From Candidatus Apopatosoma intestinale (GTDB lineage: Bacteria > Bacillota > Clostridia > Oscillospirales > CAG-272), in the NCBI GenBank assembly GCA_003524145.1, contig DODZ01000006.1, forward strand, positions 3,234 through 67,233: a DNA stretch of 64,000 nucleotides. The letters are read 5' to 3'. A program made the translations under genes and the position numbers. The notes under the pieces are model-generated. The model had not been told where the DNA came from, ran no database searches, and was given only the letters and a program-made list of their open reading frames with translations. Below are positions 36,112 to 44,737 of the stretch, in pieces; position 1 is the stretch's first letter, and each line of letters opens with the position of its first letter.

Positions 36112-36140
36112 TTGAAATTTTGCTGTATTTATGGTATACT
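36112..36140 (+). promoter_or_regulatory. sigma-A-type promoter divergent from the LysR gene
   Basis: TTGAAA, 17-nt spacer, TATACT preceded by TGg. Confidence 0.45.
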
Positions 36141-36190
36141 TATACCGAAAAAGCAAAAGCGATAAAAACGGTATTTTTAACTTGAATTAA

Positions 36191-36510
36191 GAAATCGGTG
36201 CTACAATCTGCTCGGTTTCGGGAAGCTTCAACTGGCAGATAGTCATAAACAGCGGCGACGATTATAAATTTGAGCTTGAAATGTGCGGGCTGACGCTCTA
36301 CAGCAGCGAACAGAATCCGATAATGATACTCTCCGGCGATAAGGTGACGCTGACGGAAAAAAAGAGACCAAAACAATGCCTTGCCGCCTTTCCGCGCTTG
36401 CGGTTTACCTCGGCTCAAATAATGCAAGCTTCTCGGCAGAGCAGTTTGGTGCATTTACGACAAAAAATGATTTTGCAAAAGATATATCAAACAAAATTTA
36501 CAAAAATTAA
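36191..36510 (+). pseudogene. start-less, frameshifted gene remnant
   Basis: The frame is open from 36191 with no ATG, GTG or TTG before 36281. Coding-like text ...SGSFNWQIVINSGDDYKFELEMCGLTLYSSEQNPIMILSGDKVTLTEKK continues in the -1 frame after an A7 run (36357-36363) as ETKTMPCRLSALAVYLGSNNASFSAEQFGAFTTKNDFAKDISNKIYKN*. Confidence 0.35.
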
Positions 36511-36527
36511 AAAATATTTAAAATGTA

Positions 36528-36556
36528 TTGAAAAACGTAAAGTTTTATGCTAAAAT
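36528..36556 (+). promoter_or_regulatory. sigma-A-type promoter upstream of the HMA gene
   Basis: TTGAAA (36528-36533), 17-nt spacer, TAAAAT (36551-36556). Confidence 0.45.
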
Positions 36557-36727
36557 ATGAGCGGATCGGAAAAGCTGCCTCTCGGCAGCTTTTCAAAGGG
36601 ATAACAGTTAGTCACGGCTAATCGCGCAAAATCGATTGCAAGTCGCTCTATTGCGCCGAGTGGGGAAGTGACATACTGCTTTTCCGCTTGGGCAAAACGG
36701 CAAACCAAAAGGAAAGGATAATTTGAA
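36557..36727 (+). promoter_or_regulatory. structured 5' leader with mutually exclusive SD / anti-SD / anti-anti-SD pairings
   Basis: Perfect hairpin 36570-36593. Long-range helix 36605-36615 with 36668-36678. GCGCAA (36624-36629) pairs with UUGCGC (36651-36656). CUUUUCC (36679-36685) can pair with GGAAAAG (36568-36574) or with the SD GGAAAGG (36711-36717). Confidence 0.4.
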
Positions 36728-37231
36728 ATGATTAAAACAATTGTAAAAATCGACGGAATGATGTGCGGAATGTGCGAAAGCCATGTGAATGACAAAATAA
36801 GAAACAGCTTCAAGGTGAACAGCGTGAAATCATCACATTCAAAAGGCGAAAGCGTGATTCTGACCGAAAGCAAGCTGAACGAAGCCGACCTGAGGGCGGC
36901 AATCGAGGAAACGGGATATAAGGTGCTGTCAGTTACATCGGAGGAGTATCAAAAGAAGGGACTTTTCGGTATTTTCGGAAGGCAAAGCGCCATGAAAACA
37001 GTTACGTATATTCTCACGGTTATACTTACCGTGAGAATGTCGCTGCTTGTCAGCCTCATGGTTTCACGAAAAAACAAGAGCATAGATATGGTAGAGGCGC
37101 TGAAATGTCAGGAACAAGCTCTCGGACCGGCGATGCAAAAGCAAATGGCAGGGAAACAGCAATGCGCAGTTTCCCTGCCTAAAAATTATTTGCGTATTAT
37201 TCGTAATCAACCACATCTGCCCATGAGATGA
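36728..37231 (+). CDS. heavy-metal-associated (HMA) domain protein with a questionable C-terminal extension
   Basis: N-terminal 70 aa form an HMA fold with GMMCGMCESH (MxCxxC). The remaining ~95 codons contain two strong hairpins and overlap the convergent gene by 35 nt. Confidence 0.6.
   Translation: MIKTIVKIDGMMCGMCESHVNDKIRNSFKVNSVKSSHSKGESVILTESKLNEADLRAAIEETGYKVLSVTSEEYQKKGLFGIFGRQSAMKTVTYILTVILTVRMSLLVSLMVSRKNKSIDMVEALKCQEQALGPAMQKQMAGKQQCAVSLPKNYLRIIRNQPHLPMR
37147..37179 (-). terminator. terminator of the kinase-paralog gene
   Basis: GGCAGGGAAAC-(11 nt)-GUUUCCCUGCC. On the minus strand it is followed by AUUUGCUUUUGC. Confidence 0.55.
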
Positions 37232-37952
37232 GAAAATCCCTTTCATCAGGCTTTCCCTTGACAGATTGGGATGCAGCAACGATGGGAAGCCATTTTTCGA
37301 AATATTCCATTGGCGAGCCGTTTTTGCGGCAGAAAAGCTCGCGGTATTTTTCTGCCAGCTCCTTTTCATCGGCAAGGCAGAAAAGCAGATATGTCCTTGC
37401 CGCGTCTGCCGCGGCATTACCCTGCGTGGCATGCGACCAATCGAGAATAAAAGGCACGCCGTCGCTCTCGCGGATGATGATATTAGACGGGTTGAAATCT
37501 CCGTGACAGACCTTTATGCGTTTCGGCATACCCGCAAGCCTTGTGTGGAGATTATATTTGATGGTCGCGTCAAGGTCTGCTTCGTCTATTTTGCGGTTCA
37601 TCTTGTCACGCAGTTTATTCAATCCCGGTGCTCGCTTTGAATGAACCTCGCGCTGAAGATCGACAAAAAGATTCAGATATTCGTCGATTTTATCGGGATT
37701 TTCTTTCATCAGTGTGTCAAGCGTTTTTCCCTCGATAAATTCGGTAATTATAGCCCACCTTCCGTCGTCTGTCGTCGTAACGGCAAGTATCTTCGGAATA
37801 TTGAGTCCCGTTTCCTCTACTCTTGCCTGATTTAAGGCTTCATTGAGGATATCAGCCTTTGAGTATCCGGTCTCAAAAACCTTTACAGCCCTGTCGCCGT
37901 CGCGGAATATTGCCTTATTTACTCTTTTTGCGATAACATTTTCAAGCTTCAT
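37197..37952 (-). CDS. APH/choline-kinase-fold phosphotransferase, paralog of 34034-34783
   Basis: 251 aa, collinear with the other copy (roughly two-thirds identical by eye). Carries HGDFNPSNIII and ILDWSH. Confidence 0.75.
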   Translation of the reverse strand: MKLENVIAKRVNKAIFRDGDRAVKVFETGYSKADILNEALNQARVEETGLNIPKILAVTTTDDGRWAIITEFIEGKTLDTLMKENPDKIDEYLNLFVDLQREVHSKRAPGLNKLRDKMNRKIDEADLDATIKYNLHTRLAGMPKRIKVCHGDFNPSNIIIRESDGVPFILDWSHATQGNAAADAARTYLLFCLADEKELAEKYRELFCRKNGSPMEYFEKWLPIVAASQSVKGKPDERDFLISWADVVDYE

Positions 37953-38097
37953 GAAAAAACCTCCTGATAATTATATTGCTATATTCTATGCTATATATAG
38001 TATAACATACGAACATTGTATTTGCAATATAAAATTTATTGTAAAAACAGGGCATATCAATAAAAAATATCGAAAAAACATTTTTTTCCATAATATA

Positions 38098-38127
38098 TTG
38101 ACACAGGTGAGAAAGTAATGATATAAT
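38098..38127 (+). promoter_or_regulatory. sigma-A-type promoter of gdh
   Basis: TTGACA, 18-nt spacer, TATAAT. Confidence 0.45.
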
Positions 38128-38176
38128 TTTATATAATATCATCTGAATTTTTTATTTTTTCCAAGGAGGAACTTTT

Positions 38177-39436
38177 ATGAATCATGAATATAATCCGTAT
38201 GAGAATGCGGTTGCGGTTATAAGAAAGGCGGCGGAAGCACTCGGACTGCATGAAAACGATTATGCTTTTCTGCTTTATCCGGAAAGAGAGCTGAAGGTTT
38301 CGCTTCCCGTTGTGATGGACAGCGGCAAAACAGAGGTTTTCGAGGGCTTTCGCGTACAGCATTCGAGTGTGCTCGGTCCCTGCAAGGGCGGCATACGCTA
38401 CCATGCTGATACAAATATAGATGAGGTCAAGGCGCTCGCATGCTGGATGGCACTCAAATGCTCTGTCGCGGGTATACCCTACGGCGGCGGAAAGGGAGGT
38501 ATACGCGTTGACCCATCGCGTCTCAGCTCACGCGAACTGGAGGCTCTCACAAGAAAGTATGCACATGCGATAGCACCGATAATCGGCGAAAAGAAAGATA
38601 TTCCCGCGCCTGATGTGAATACAAACGGGCAGATAATGGCTTGGTTCTGTGATGCCTACTCGGAGACTGTAGGCAGTTTTTCTCCTGCTGTTGTCACAGG
38701 CAAGCCGCTTGAAATCGGGGGAAGCCTCGGAAGAACGGACGCGACAGGCAGGGGAGTTATGCTCACGGTAAGAGAGCTGCTTTCGCGCTATGGCAAAAAG
38801 GCGAGCGAAATGCGCGTGGCTGTTCAGGGCAACGGTAATGTCGGCGGTACAACGGTTAAGCTTCTCGGCGAGCTCGGGTGCAAGGTTGTTGCCGTATCCG
38901 ACGTTTCGGGTGCACTCCTCTGCGATGACGGACTCGACTGCGATGAAATATACAGATACAGTGCAGAGCATAAGCTTCTGCGTGATTTCGATAAGAGCGC
39001 AGGTACATTCATCGCGGGTGCTGACGGCAATGCCGCTCTTCTTGTATGCGATACTGACATACTGATTCCTGCGGCTCTGGAAAACCAGATTACAGGCGAA
39101 AACGCAGAGAAAATAAAGGCAAAATACATTGTTGAAGCCGCAAACGGACCGACGACGGTAGAAGCGGACGAAATCCTCGATGCACGCGGCATTCCGGTTG
39201 TACCGGACATACTTGCAAATTCGGGCGGTGTTATAGTATCATACTTCGAATGGGTACAGAATCTGCAGCGCTACTCATGGACGCTTGAGAGAGTCAACAG
39301 TGAGCTTGAAGAGAAGCTGGTTTCCGCCTTCGCAAATGTATTTGACATATCGGAAAAGCATGGATGCTCCTTGCGAACAGCGGCATATATGGCGGCTATA
39401 AAAAGAATAGTTTCTGCGGCAAAGCTTCGCGGATAA
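38177..39436 (+). CDS. Glu/Leu/Phe/Val dehydrogenase family: glutamate dehydrogenase
   Basis: 419 aa. Active-site region PYGGGKGGIRVDP and dinucleotide fold VAVQGNGNVGG. Confidence 0.9.
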   Translation: MNHEYNPYENAVAVIRKAAEALGLHENDYAFLLYPERELKVSLPVVMDSGKTEVFEGFRVQHSSVLGPCKGGIRYHADTNIDEVKALACWMALKCSVAGIPYGGGKGGIRVDPSRLSSRELEALTRKYAHAIAPIIGEKKDIPAPDVNTNGQIMAWFCDAYSETVGSFSPAVVTGKPLEIGGSLGRTDATGRGVMLTVRELLSRYGKKASEMRVAVQGNGNVGGTTVKLLGELGCKVVAVSDVSGALLCDDGLDCDEIYRYSAEHKLLRDFDKSAGTFIAGADGNAALLVCDTDILIPAALENQITGENAEKIKAKYIVEAANGPTTVEADEILDARGIPVVPDILANSGGVIVSYFEWVQNLQRYSWTLERVNSELEEKLVSAFANVFDISEKHGCSLRTAAYMAAIKRIVSAAKLRG

Positions 39437-39486
39437 ATACAAAAACAGGAGTTTGAAACCAAGCTCCTGTTTTTTTGTCATTTCGA

Positions 39487-40158
39487 CTATATTTCGGTTT
39501 TCTCAAACGAAAAATTCTTTTCTCCGAGCGCACATACGGAAGCGCGATAGCCGCAGATATCACGTATTTCGTTGAAAACGGCATCCTCCTGCACTTTGCC
39601 GTATTCGCAGATGTGAGCCTTTCCGTGCGGAAAAGTGCACGAAAGCGAAGCGAGCGGGATATCAAAGCCCTTGCCGCGCATTTTGACATATGACTCGCGC
39701 AGGGTCCATAGGCGTGTGAAAGCCTCGACGGGATTTGCAGAAAGCATTATGGCATTGCGCTCATATATGCTGAAAAATCTGCTTGCTATCATATCCATCT
39801 GCGCAGGAGCTTCAATTTTCTCTATATCGACACCGCATTCTGAGTCCGAAAGTGCACATATGACTCGCTTGCCGCTGTGGGAAATATTGAAAAAACAGTT
39901 TGTGTGACCTGCGATATAAGGTTTGCCGAACTCGTTTTTGACAAATTCGGGATTTTCTATGCCGAAAACTATCGAAACAGCCTTCTTTGCAAGCAGACCC
40001 GAGGCGAGAAGCTCAAGCTTTGTTTCCATGCGTGCCGCCTTTTCTATGCGTGCGCGGCGCTCCTCGGAAATTTCACATATACGCGCGGAGATTGTTGCCT
40101 CGTCAAAAACGGAAAAATCCGCAAAATATACTTTTATAAAATTTTTATCTTCCATCAT
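39487..40158 (-). CDS. Sfp-type 4'-phosphopantetheinyl transferase
   Basis: GKPY, FNISHSG, GVDIE and WTLRESYVKMRGKG motifs. The preferred start is ATG 40158 with GAGGT upstream (the track ORF starts at 40239). Confidence 0.8.
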   Translation of the reverse strand: MMEDKNFIKVYFADFSVFDEATISARICEISEERRARIEKAARMETKLELLASGLLAKKAVSIVFGIENPEFVKNEFGKPYIAGHTNCFFNISHSGKRVICALSDSECGVDIEKIEAPAQMDMIASRFFSIYERNAIMLSANPVEAFTRLWTLRESYVKMRGKGFDIPLASLSCTFPHGKAHICEYGKVQEDAVFNEIRDICGYRASVCALGEKNFSFEKTEI

Positions 40159-40286
40159 TTTACCTCGTGTCACAGCTTTTAGCCTGACTTTTAAATTCAG
40201 CATTGAAAAAGCTATATAAGTATACCACAGTAAAAGCAAAATTTCAAGCGTTTCATTGCTTTTTCAACAGCTGTGTGCTTTTCTTC

Positions 40287-40315
40287 TTGATTTTTAAGCC
40301 TCCGCGTGGTAAAAT
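40287..40315 (+). promoter_or_regulatory. sigma-A-type promoter
   Basis: TTGATT, 17-nt spacer, TAAAAT with upstream TG. Confidence 0.4.
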
Positions 40316-40349
40316 ATAAAAAATGCAAATTTAAAATCGGAGAAAAGCA

Positions 40350-41150
40350 ATGAATTTGAATAATGCAACCGAAATCATCGCACGAAGGGAATTTTCGCCT
40401 GTCTACATGATATTTGATGTAGCGTTTCTTCTGTGTTTTGCCGCAATGCTTATAGTAAAAAAGAAATATATGACAGTGCTTGTCGGCGCGCTTGCGGGAA
40501 TACTCTATATGATAGTGGATTACGGGATTTTTCATCTTGTCTGCCATTCGAGAAGCATATCCGAGGGGCACAGCCTTTTTCTTGTGCTTTTATGGATGTC
40601 GATAAGCTATGGGTTTACGAATTTTACTTGGATATGGCTCTGGATATCTAAGGATAAGCATCTTTTCGAATGGTCTTTTCTTATTCTGCTCTGGTGGTTT
40701 GTATGTCCGCAACTTGCGAAAACCTTTACGCCTGCCGGAATGCAAAATATTATTATAGAACGCACTACCGGTGAATATCACGGATATATGGCGCTTATTT
40801 TGCTTATCGGTTATCTCACACTCATAATCTTTAATATGAGGCAGAAAGAAAGGGAAAAGCGCGTCGATATTCCATGGCTTCTCGCTATAGGAATACTTGT
40901 TCAGTTCGGGTGGGAAGCAGGGCTTCTCATAGGAGGCATACGCTCGGCGGGCTTTGCCACTCTTGCGGAAAAACTGCGTCCGCTCATAGTAAATTCGCTT
41001 CTCGAAACAAATCTCGGAATGCCTTATATATACGCTGTTTTCATAGCTTATACATGCCGCTTTACCGAGCAGATGAAACGAAGAGAAGAGCCGCTTGCTT
41101 TCACTGATCGCATAGCTGAAAATAACGGAGAGAAGGTATGGGCAAAATGA
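40350..41150 (+). CDS. polytopic membrane protein, unknown function
   Basis: 266 aa with about 7 hydrophobic segments. Overlaps the downstream SDR gene by 13 nt. Confidence 0.6.
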   Translation: MNLNNATEIIARREFSPVYMIFDVAFLLCFAAMLIVKKKYMTVLVGALAGILYMIVDYGIFHLVCHSRSISEGHSLFLVLLWMSISYGFTNFTWIWLWISKDKHLFEWSFLILLWWFVCPQLAKTFTPAGMQNIIIERTTGEYHGYMALILLIGYLTLIIFNMRQKEREKRVDIPWLLAIGILVQFGWEAGLLIGGIRSAGFATLAEKLRPLIVNSLLETNLGMPYIYAVFIAYTCRFTEQMKRREEPLAFTDRIAENNGEKVWAK

Positions 41151-41938
41151 AATATATACTTGTGACAGGCGCATACGGCGGTATTGGCAGTGCCGTGGCA
41201 AAAATGCTGTCAGAGCGTGGTTTTTGCGTTTTTGCGCTTGATAAAAGAGCGGGCGCGGCGGAAAAGAACATCATCCCGATAGCGGCTGACATAACAAGCG
41301 AAGAGAGCATTTCCGCGGCGGCGGAAACCGTGAGAAAATACACGGATGAGCTTTTTGCCATAGTGCATTTTGCTGGGATATATATGCTCGATTCGCTCGC
41401 GGAAATCGACAGCGAGGCTTTTGAGCGAATTTTTCGTATAAACCTTTTCGGCGCTTTTCTTGTAAACAAAGCGTTCATGCCTCTTCTCAGGTACGGTAGC
41501 AGGATAATAATGACAACAAGCGAGCTTGCACCGCTTGATCCGCTTCCTTTTACAGGCATATATGCCGTAAGTAAATCCGCTCTCGATAAATACGCATATT
41601 CATTGCGAATGGAGCTTCAATTACTCGGTATTTCAGTCTCGGTAATACGCGCGGGTGCCGTGAAAACGACTATGCTCGGCGTTTCCACCGATGAGCTTGA
41701 AAAATTCTGTGGTAAAACAAAGCTTTACAGTTATAATGCCGTCAGGTTTCGAAATATAGTTGACAGTGTGGAGGCAAAAAGCATTGCTCCCGAAAAGATG
41801 GCGGAAAAGACGTTGAAAATACTCGAAAGCAAAAATCCGGCTTTCGCTTACAGCATCAACAGAAATCCGTTCCTGCGCCTGCTTAATATGCTGCCGAAGC
41901 GCCTGCAATGCTTTGTGATACGGCAGGTACTGAAATAA
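41138..41938 (+). CDS. short-chain dehydrogenase/reductase (SDR)
   Basis: TGAYGGIGSA cofactor motif and the YAVSKSAL (YxxxK) catalytic motif. Confidence 0.85.
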   Translation: MGKMKYILVTGAYGGIGSAVAKMLSERGFCVFALDKRAGAAEKNIIPIAADITSEESISAAAETVRKYTDELFAIVHFAGIYMLDSLAEIDSEAFERIFRINLFGAFLVNKAFMPLLRYGSRIIMTTSELAPLDPLPFTGIYAVSKSALDKYAYSLRMELQLLGISVSVIRAGAVKTTMLGVSTDELEKFCGKTKLYSYNAVRFRNIVDSVEAKSIAPEKMAEKTLKILESKNPAFAYSINRNPFLRLLNMLPKRLQCFVIRQVLK

Positions 41939-42007
41939 TGCCGGCAGCTCGAACACCGAAAAATAAAAAATTCCCCATTGCATTTTTTCGCAACGGGGAA
42001 TTTTCAT

Positions 42008-43078
42008 TTATGTGACACTTACGCCGAAAAGCGAGAGATACCATCCCAATCCTACCGTGACAATCAGCAGATATGCGATATATATCAAAAGCATGACGAT
42101 GCCTTGCCAACGGCTGAATTTCTTGCAAATTACAGTTGGCACGGCAGCAATAAGCGAAACGAGAATTGCAACGGGAAAGTCGAGATATATATTCTGAAGC
42201 GAAACAGGAAGCTCGCCGCCGTAAACAAACGAGCAGACGGCGAGAATCAGCGTTGTATCGATGACATTCGCGCCTATGACGTTGCCGACAGACATCGAGG
42301 TCTGCTTCTTAACAACGGATGTGATGGCGGTGACAAGCTCGGGCAGAGAAGTACCGATAGCTACTATGGTGACGCCGATTATCGCCTCTGAAACGCCCCA
42401 TGAAGCGGCGATCTTACTGCCGTTATTTACAAGGAGCTGTGAGCCGGCAACAATTCCCGCTGCGCCGACCACGACTTTAAATATATTTGTGATTACAGAT
42501 TTTTTATCTGTTCTTGGTCGCTCGTCTGTGGTTTCGGATACATTATTCTTTGCGGAGCGTATATTTTCGGCGATATAAAGCGCGAAAAAGAGTATCAGTA
42601 CAAGTGCGCCCGCAATGGAAAGCGAACCGTTCAGCGAGAGAAAGAAAAGCGCTGTGAGAGCCGCTGCAAGCAGAAAAGCCTTCGGGGCATAGTCCTTTCT
42701 TTTTACGGCAATCGGCATGAATATAACACTTATGGCAAGTATCATTGCCGTATTGCATATAACGGAACCGATACCGTTTCCTATGGCCATGCCGACTTTA
42801 TCCTGCGAAGCCGCAATATAATCGCCGACGCCTGACACAAGTATTTTGTGACCTTCGACCGCGGCAATGGTTGAAACAATTATTTCGGGCAGTGTTGTGG
42901 CAATGCTGATAATTGTTGCACCAATGATAAATTTCGGTATTCTCGTGACCTCGGCAACCCATACGGCGCCGTCTACAAACCAGTCTCCGCCCTTTACTAT
43001 CAGCAGAATGCCTACGGCAAAGAGCAGATACATCAGAAATGTTTCCATAATTCCTGTTCTCCGTAAAGCCGTTTTCAC
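42008..43078 (-). CDS. CaCA-family Ca2+/Na+ antiporter (YrbG-like)
   Basis: Two alpha-repeats, GATIISIATTLPE and GVTIVAIGTSLPEL. 356 aa, about 10 TM segments. Confidence 0.85.
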   Translation of the reverse strand: MKTALRRTGIMETFLMYLLFAVGILLIVKGGDWFVDGAVWVAEVTRIPKFIIGATIISIATTLPEIIVSTIAAVEGHKILVSGVGDYIAASQDKVGMAIGNGIGSVICNTAMILAISVIFMPIAVKRKDYAPKAFLLAAALTALFFLSLNGSLSIAGALVLILFFALYIAENIRSAKNNVSETTDERPRTDKKSVITNIFKVVVGAAGIVAGSQLLVNNGSKIAASWGVSEAIIGVTIVAIGTSLPELVTAITSVVKKQTSMSVGNVIGANVIDTTLILAVCSFVYGGELPVSLQNIYLDFPVAILVSLIAAVPTVICKKFSRWQGIVMLLIYIAYLLIVTVGLGWYLSLFGVSVT

Positions 43079-43256
43079 GACTTTTTAAATTTCATGTCTA
43101 TCATTATACTTTTCGATATCGTGCTTGTCAAGCAAATTGCACATTTTTACGAGGTGTTGAATATACTGTGAAATTTATTGTGACGGTAATGCCCGACAGA
43201 ATATTAAAACAAACTTCAAAAGCAAGCAAAGATAAAGCCTCTTGTGCTTTATGATT

Positions 43257-44726
43257 TCATACAGTCACTTTCTCTTTTGCGCTCTGCTTGATGATTTTCC
43301 TTTCCGAAAAAGGAAGCTTCTCTCCGCCGATAAGCTGATATTCCTCATGCCCCTTTCCCGCAAAAAGGACTATATCACCCTCCTGTGCCATGCCGACAGC
43401 ACGTTTTACGGCAGACTCTCTGTCAGTTATTATCTCATATTTGCCGTTATCCATGTATGACGCTATGTCGCGGCATATTTTCTCGGGGTCTTCGCTATCC
43501 GGATTGTCGGCGGTTATCACGGAATAATCAGCATACTTGTTTGCCGCCTCTCCGAGTTCACGTCTGCGAAGTTCTGTTCTGCCGCCTACGGAGCCGAAAA
43601 CGCAGATTATCCGCTTCGGATGATATTCGTATATTGCGGCAAGCACCGAGCGCAGACTTGTTCCTGTATGGGCGTAATCTATAATATATGAAACGCCACT
43701 GTCGTTTGTTTCGACATATTCAAATCTTCCGGGAACCGATACCGTGCGCACGGACTGTGCAAATTCAGGCAGTCCGATTCCGCGCCTGCGGCATACCGCA
43801 AGGGCGGCAAGAGCATTATATACTGAATAAATCCCTGGAAACGGAAGCATGACGGCGGCTTTCCCTTGCCCGTCATATGCTGTAAATGAGATGCCGAATC
43901 TGCCATCGCGAACGGATTTTTCTATATCGCGTGCATAAAAATCCGCGCTTCCGAGAGCGGAATAGGTGGCTTGTCCGCACTTTGCATATGAAGAAAACTC
44001 CTTATAATATGCATCGTCTTTATTGAAAACAGCATATCCGCAACGGCGGAAAAGCTCTTTTTTGCAGTTTTTGTAATGCTCGAAATCGGGGTGCTCGTAT
44101 TTTCCTATGTGGTCGGGAGATAGATTTGTCATCACGGCTGTGTCAAATGTCAGTCCGCGAATCCGCTCCTGATATACAGCCTGCGAAGAGACTTCCATAA
44201 CGGCAGTATCAAGCCCCGTATGCACCATTTTATCGAAAATCCTATACAGCTCATAGCTCTCAGGGGTTGAGTTTTCGGTCGGTTCTATCGTATCTCCTAT
44301 ACAAACGCCATATGTGCCGATAGAGCCCGTCCTTATGCCAAATGAATTGAGCGCATGGAAAATCATCGCACAGGTGCTTGATTTTCCTTTTGTTCCCGTT
44401 ATGCCGATCAGATGCAGCTTCCTTTCGGGATGGTCAAAGAAGTTTGCCGATATATCGGCAAGTGCCGCTCTTGCGTTTTCCACTTTTATGCAGAGTGCAT
44501 CATCAGGAAGCCCTGTCTCGTGTTCACATATGAATATCCTTGCACCTCGCTCATATGCATCGCGTGCATATCTGTGCCCATCTGAGACAGCACCGCGCAT
44601 ACATACGAAAAGTGCACCGCCGGAAGCCTTTTTCGAATTGTATACAATATCTGAAATCACCGCTTCGGATATATCGGAGGCGGAGCTGTATTTTATTCCC
44701 GAAAGTAAATCAGTTAACCTTTTCAT
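43257..44726 (-). CDS. murE: UDP-MurNAc-L-Ala-D-Glu:diamino-acid ligase (MurE), probably not meso-DAP-specific
   Basis: Mur ligase P-loop GITGTKGKSST. The position of the DNPR motif of DAP-adding enzymes reads DNPD (ITADNPDSEDP). Confidence 0.85.
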   Translation of the reverse strand: MKRLTDLLSGIKYSSASDISEAVISDIVYNSKKASGGALFVCMRGAVSDGHRYARDAYERGARIFICEHETGLPDDALCIKVENARAALADISANFFDHPERKLHLIGITGTKGKSSTCAMIFHALNSFGIRTGSIGTYGVCIGDTIEPTENSTPESYELYRIFDKMVHTGLDTAVMEVSSQAVYQERIRGLTFDTAVMTNLSPDHIGKYEHPDFEHYKNCKKELFRRCGYAVFNKDDAYYKEFSSYAKCGQATYSALGSADFYARDIEKSVRDGRFGISFTAYDGQGKAAVMLPFPGIYSVYNALAALAVCRRRGIGLPEFAQSVRTVSVPGRFEYVETNDSGVSYIIDYAHTGTSLRSVLAAIYEYHPKRIICVFGSVGGRTELRRRELGEAANKYADYSVITADNPDSEDPEKICRDIASYMDNGKYEIITDRESAVKRAVGMAQEGDIVLFAGKGHEEYQLIGGEKLPFSERKIIKQSAKEKVTV

Positions 44727-44737
44727 TTCAGCCGCCT

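Noticed and set aside
36141-36180. AUACCG...CGGUAU hairpin plus U5 right after the LysR-divergent promoter, considered as an attenuator.
   Set aside because: The stem is only 6 bp with a ~21-nt loop, and the predicted TSS lies within the 5' arm. It is thermodynamically weak and probably not formed.
36684-36694. CCGCTTGGGCA resembling the 3' pseudoknot element (CCGCCUGGGCA) of ZTP/pfl riboswitches.
   Set aside because: I could not find the 5' sub-domain consensus (GGGUCGUGACUGGCG-like). The downstream gene (HMA metal-binding) is unrelated to purine or folate metabolism. I treat the match as coincidental pending a covariance-model scan.
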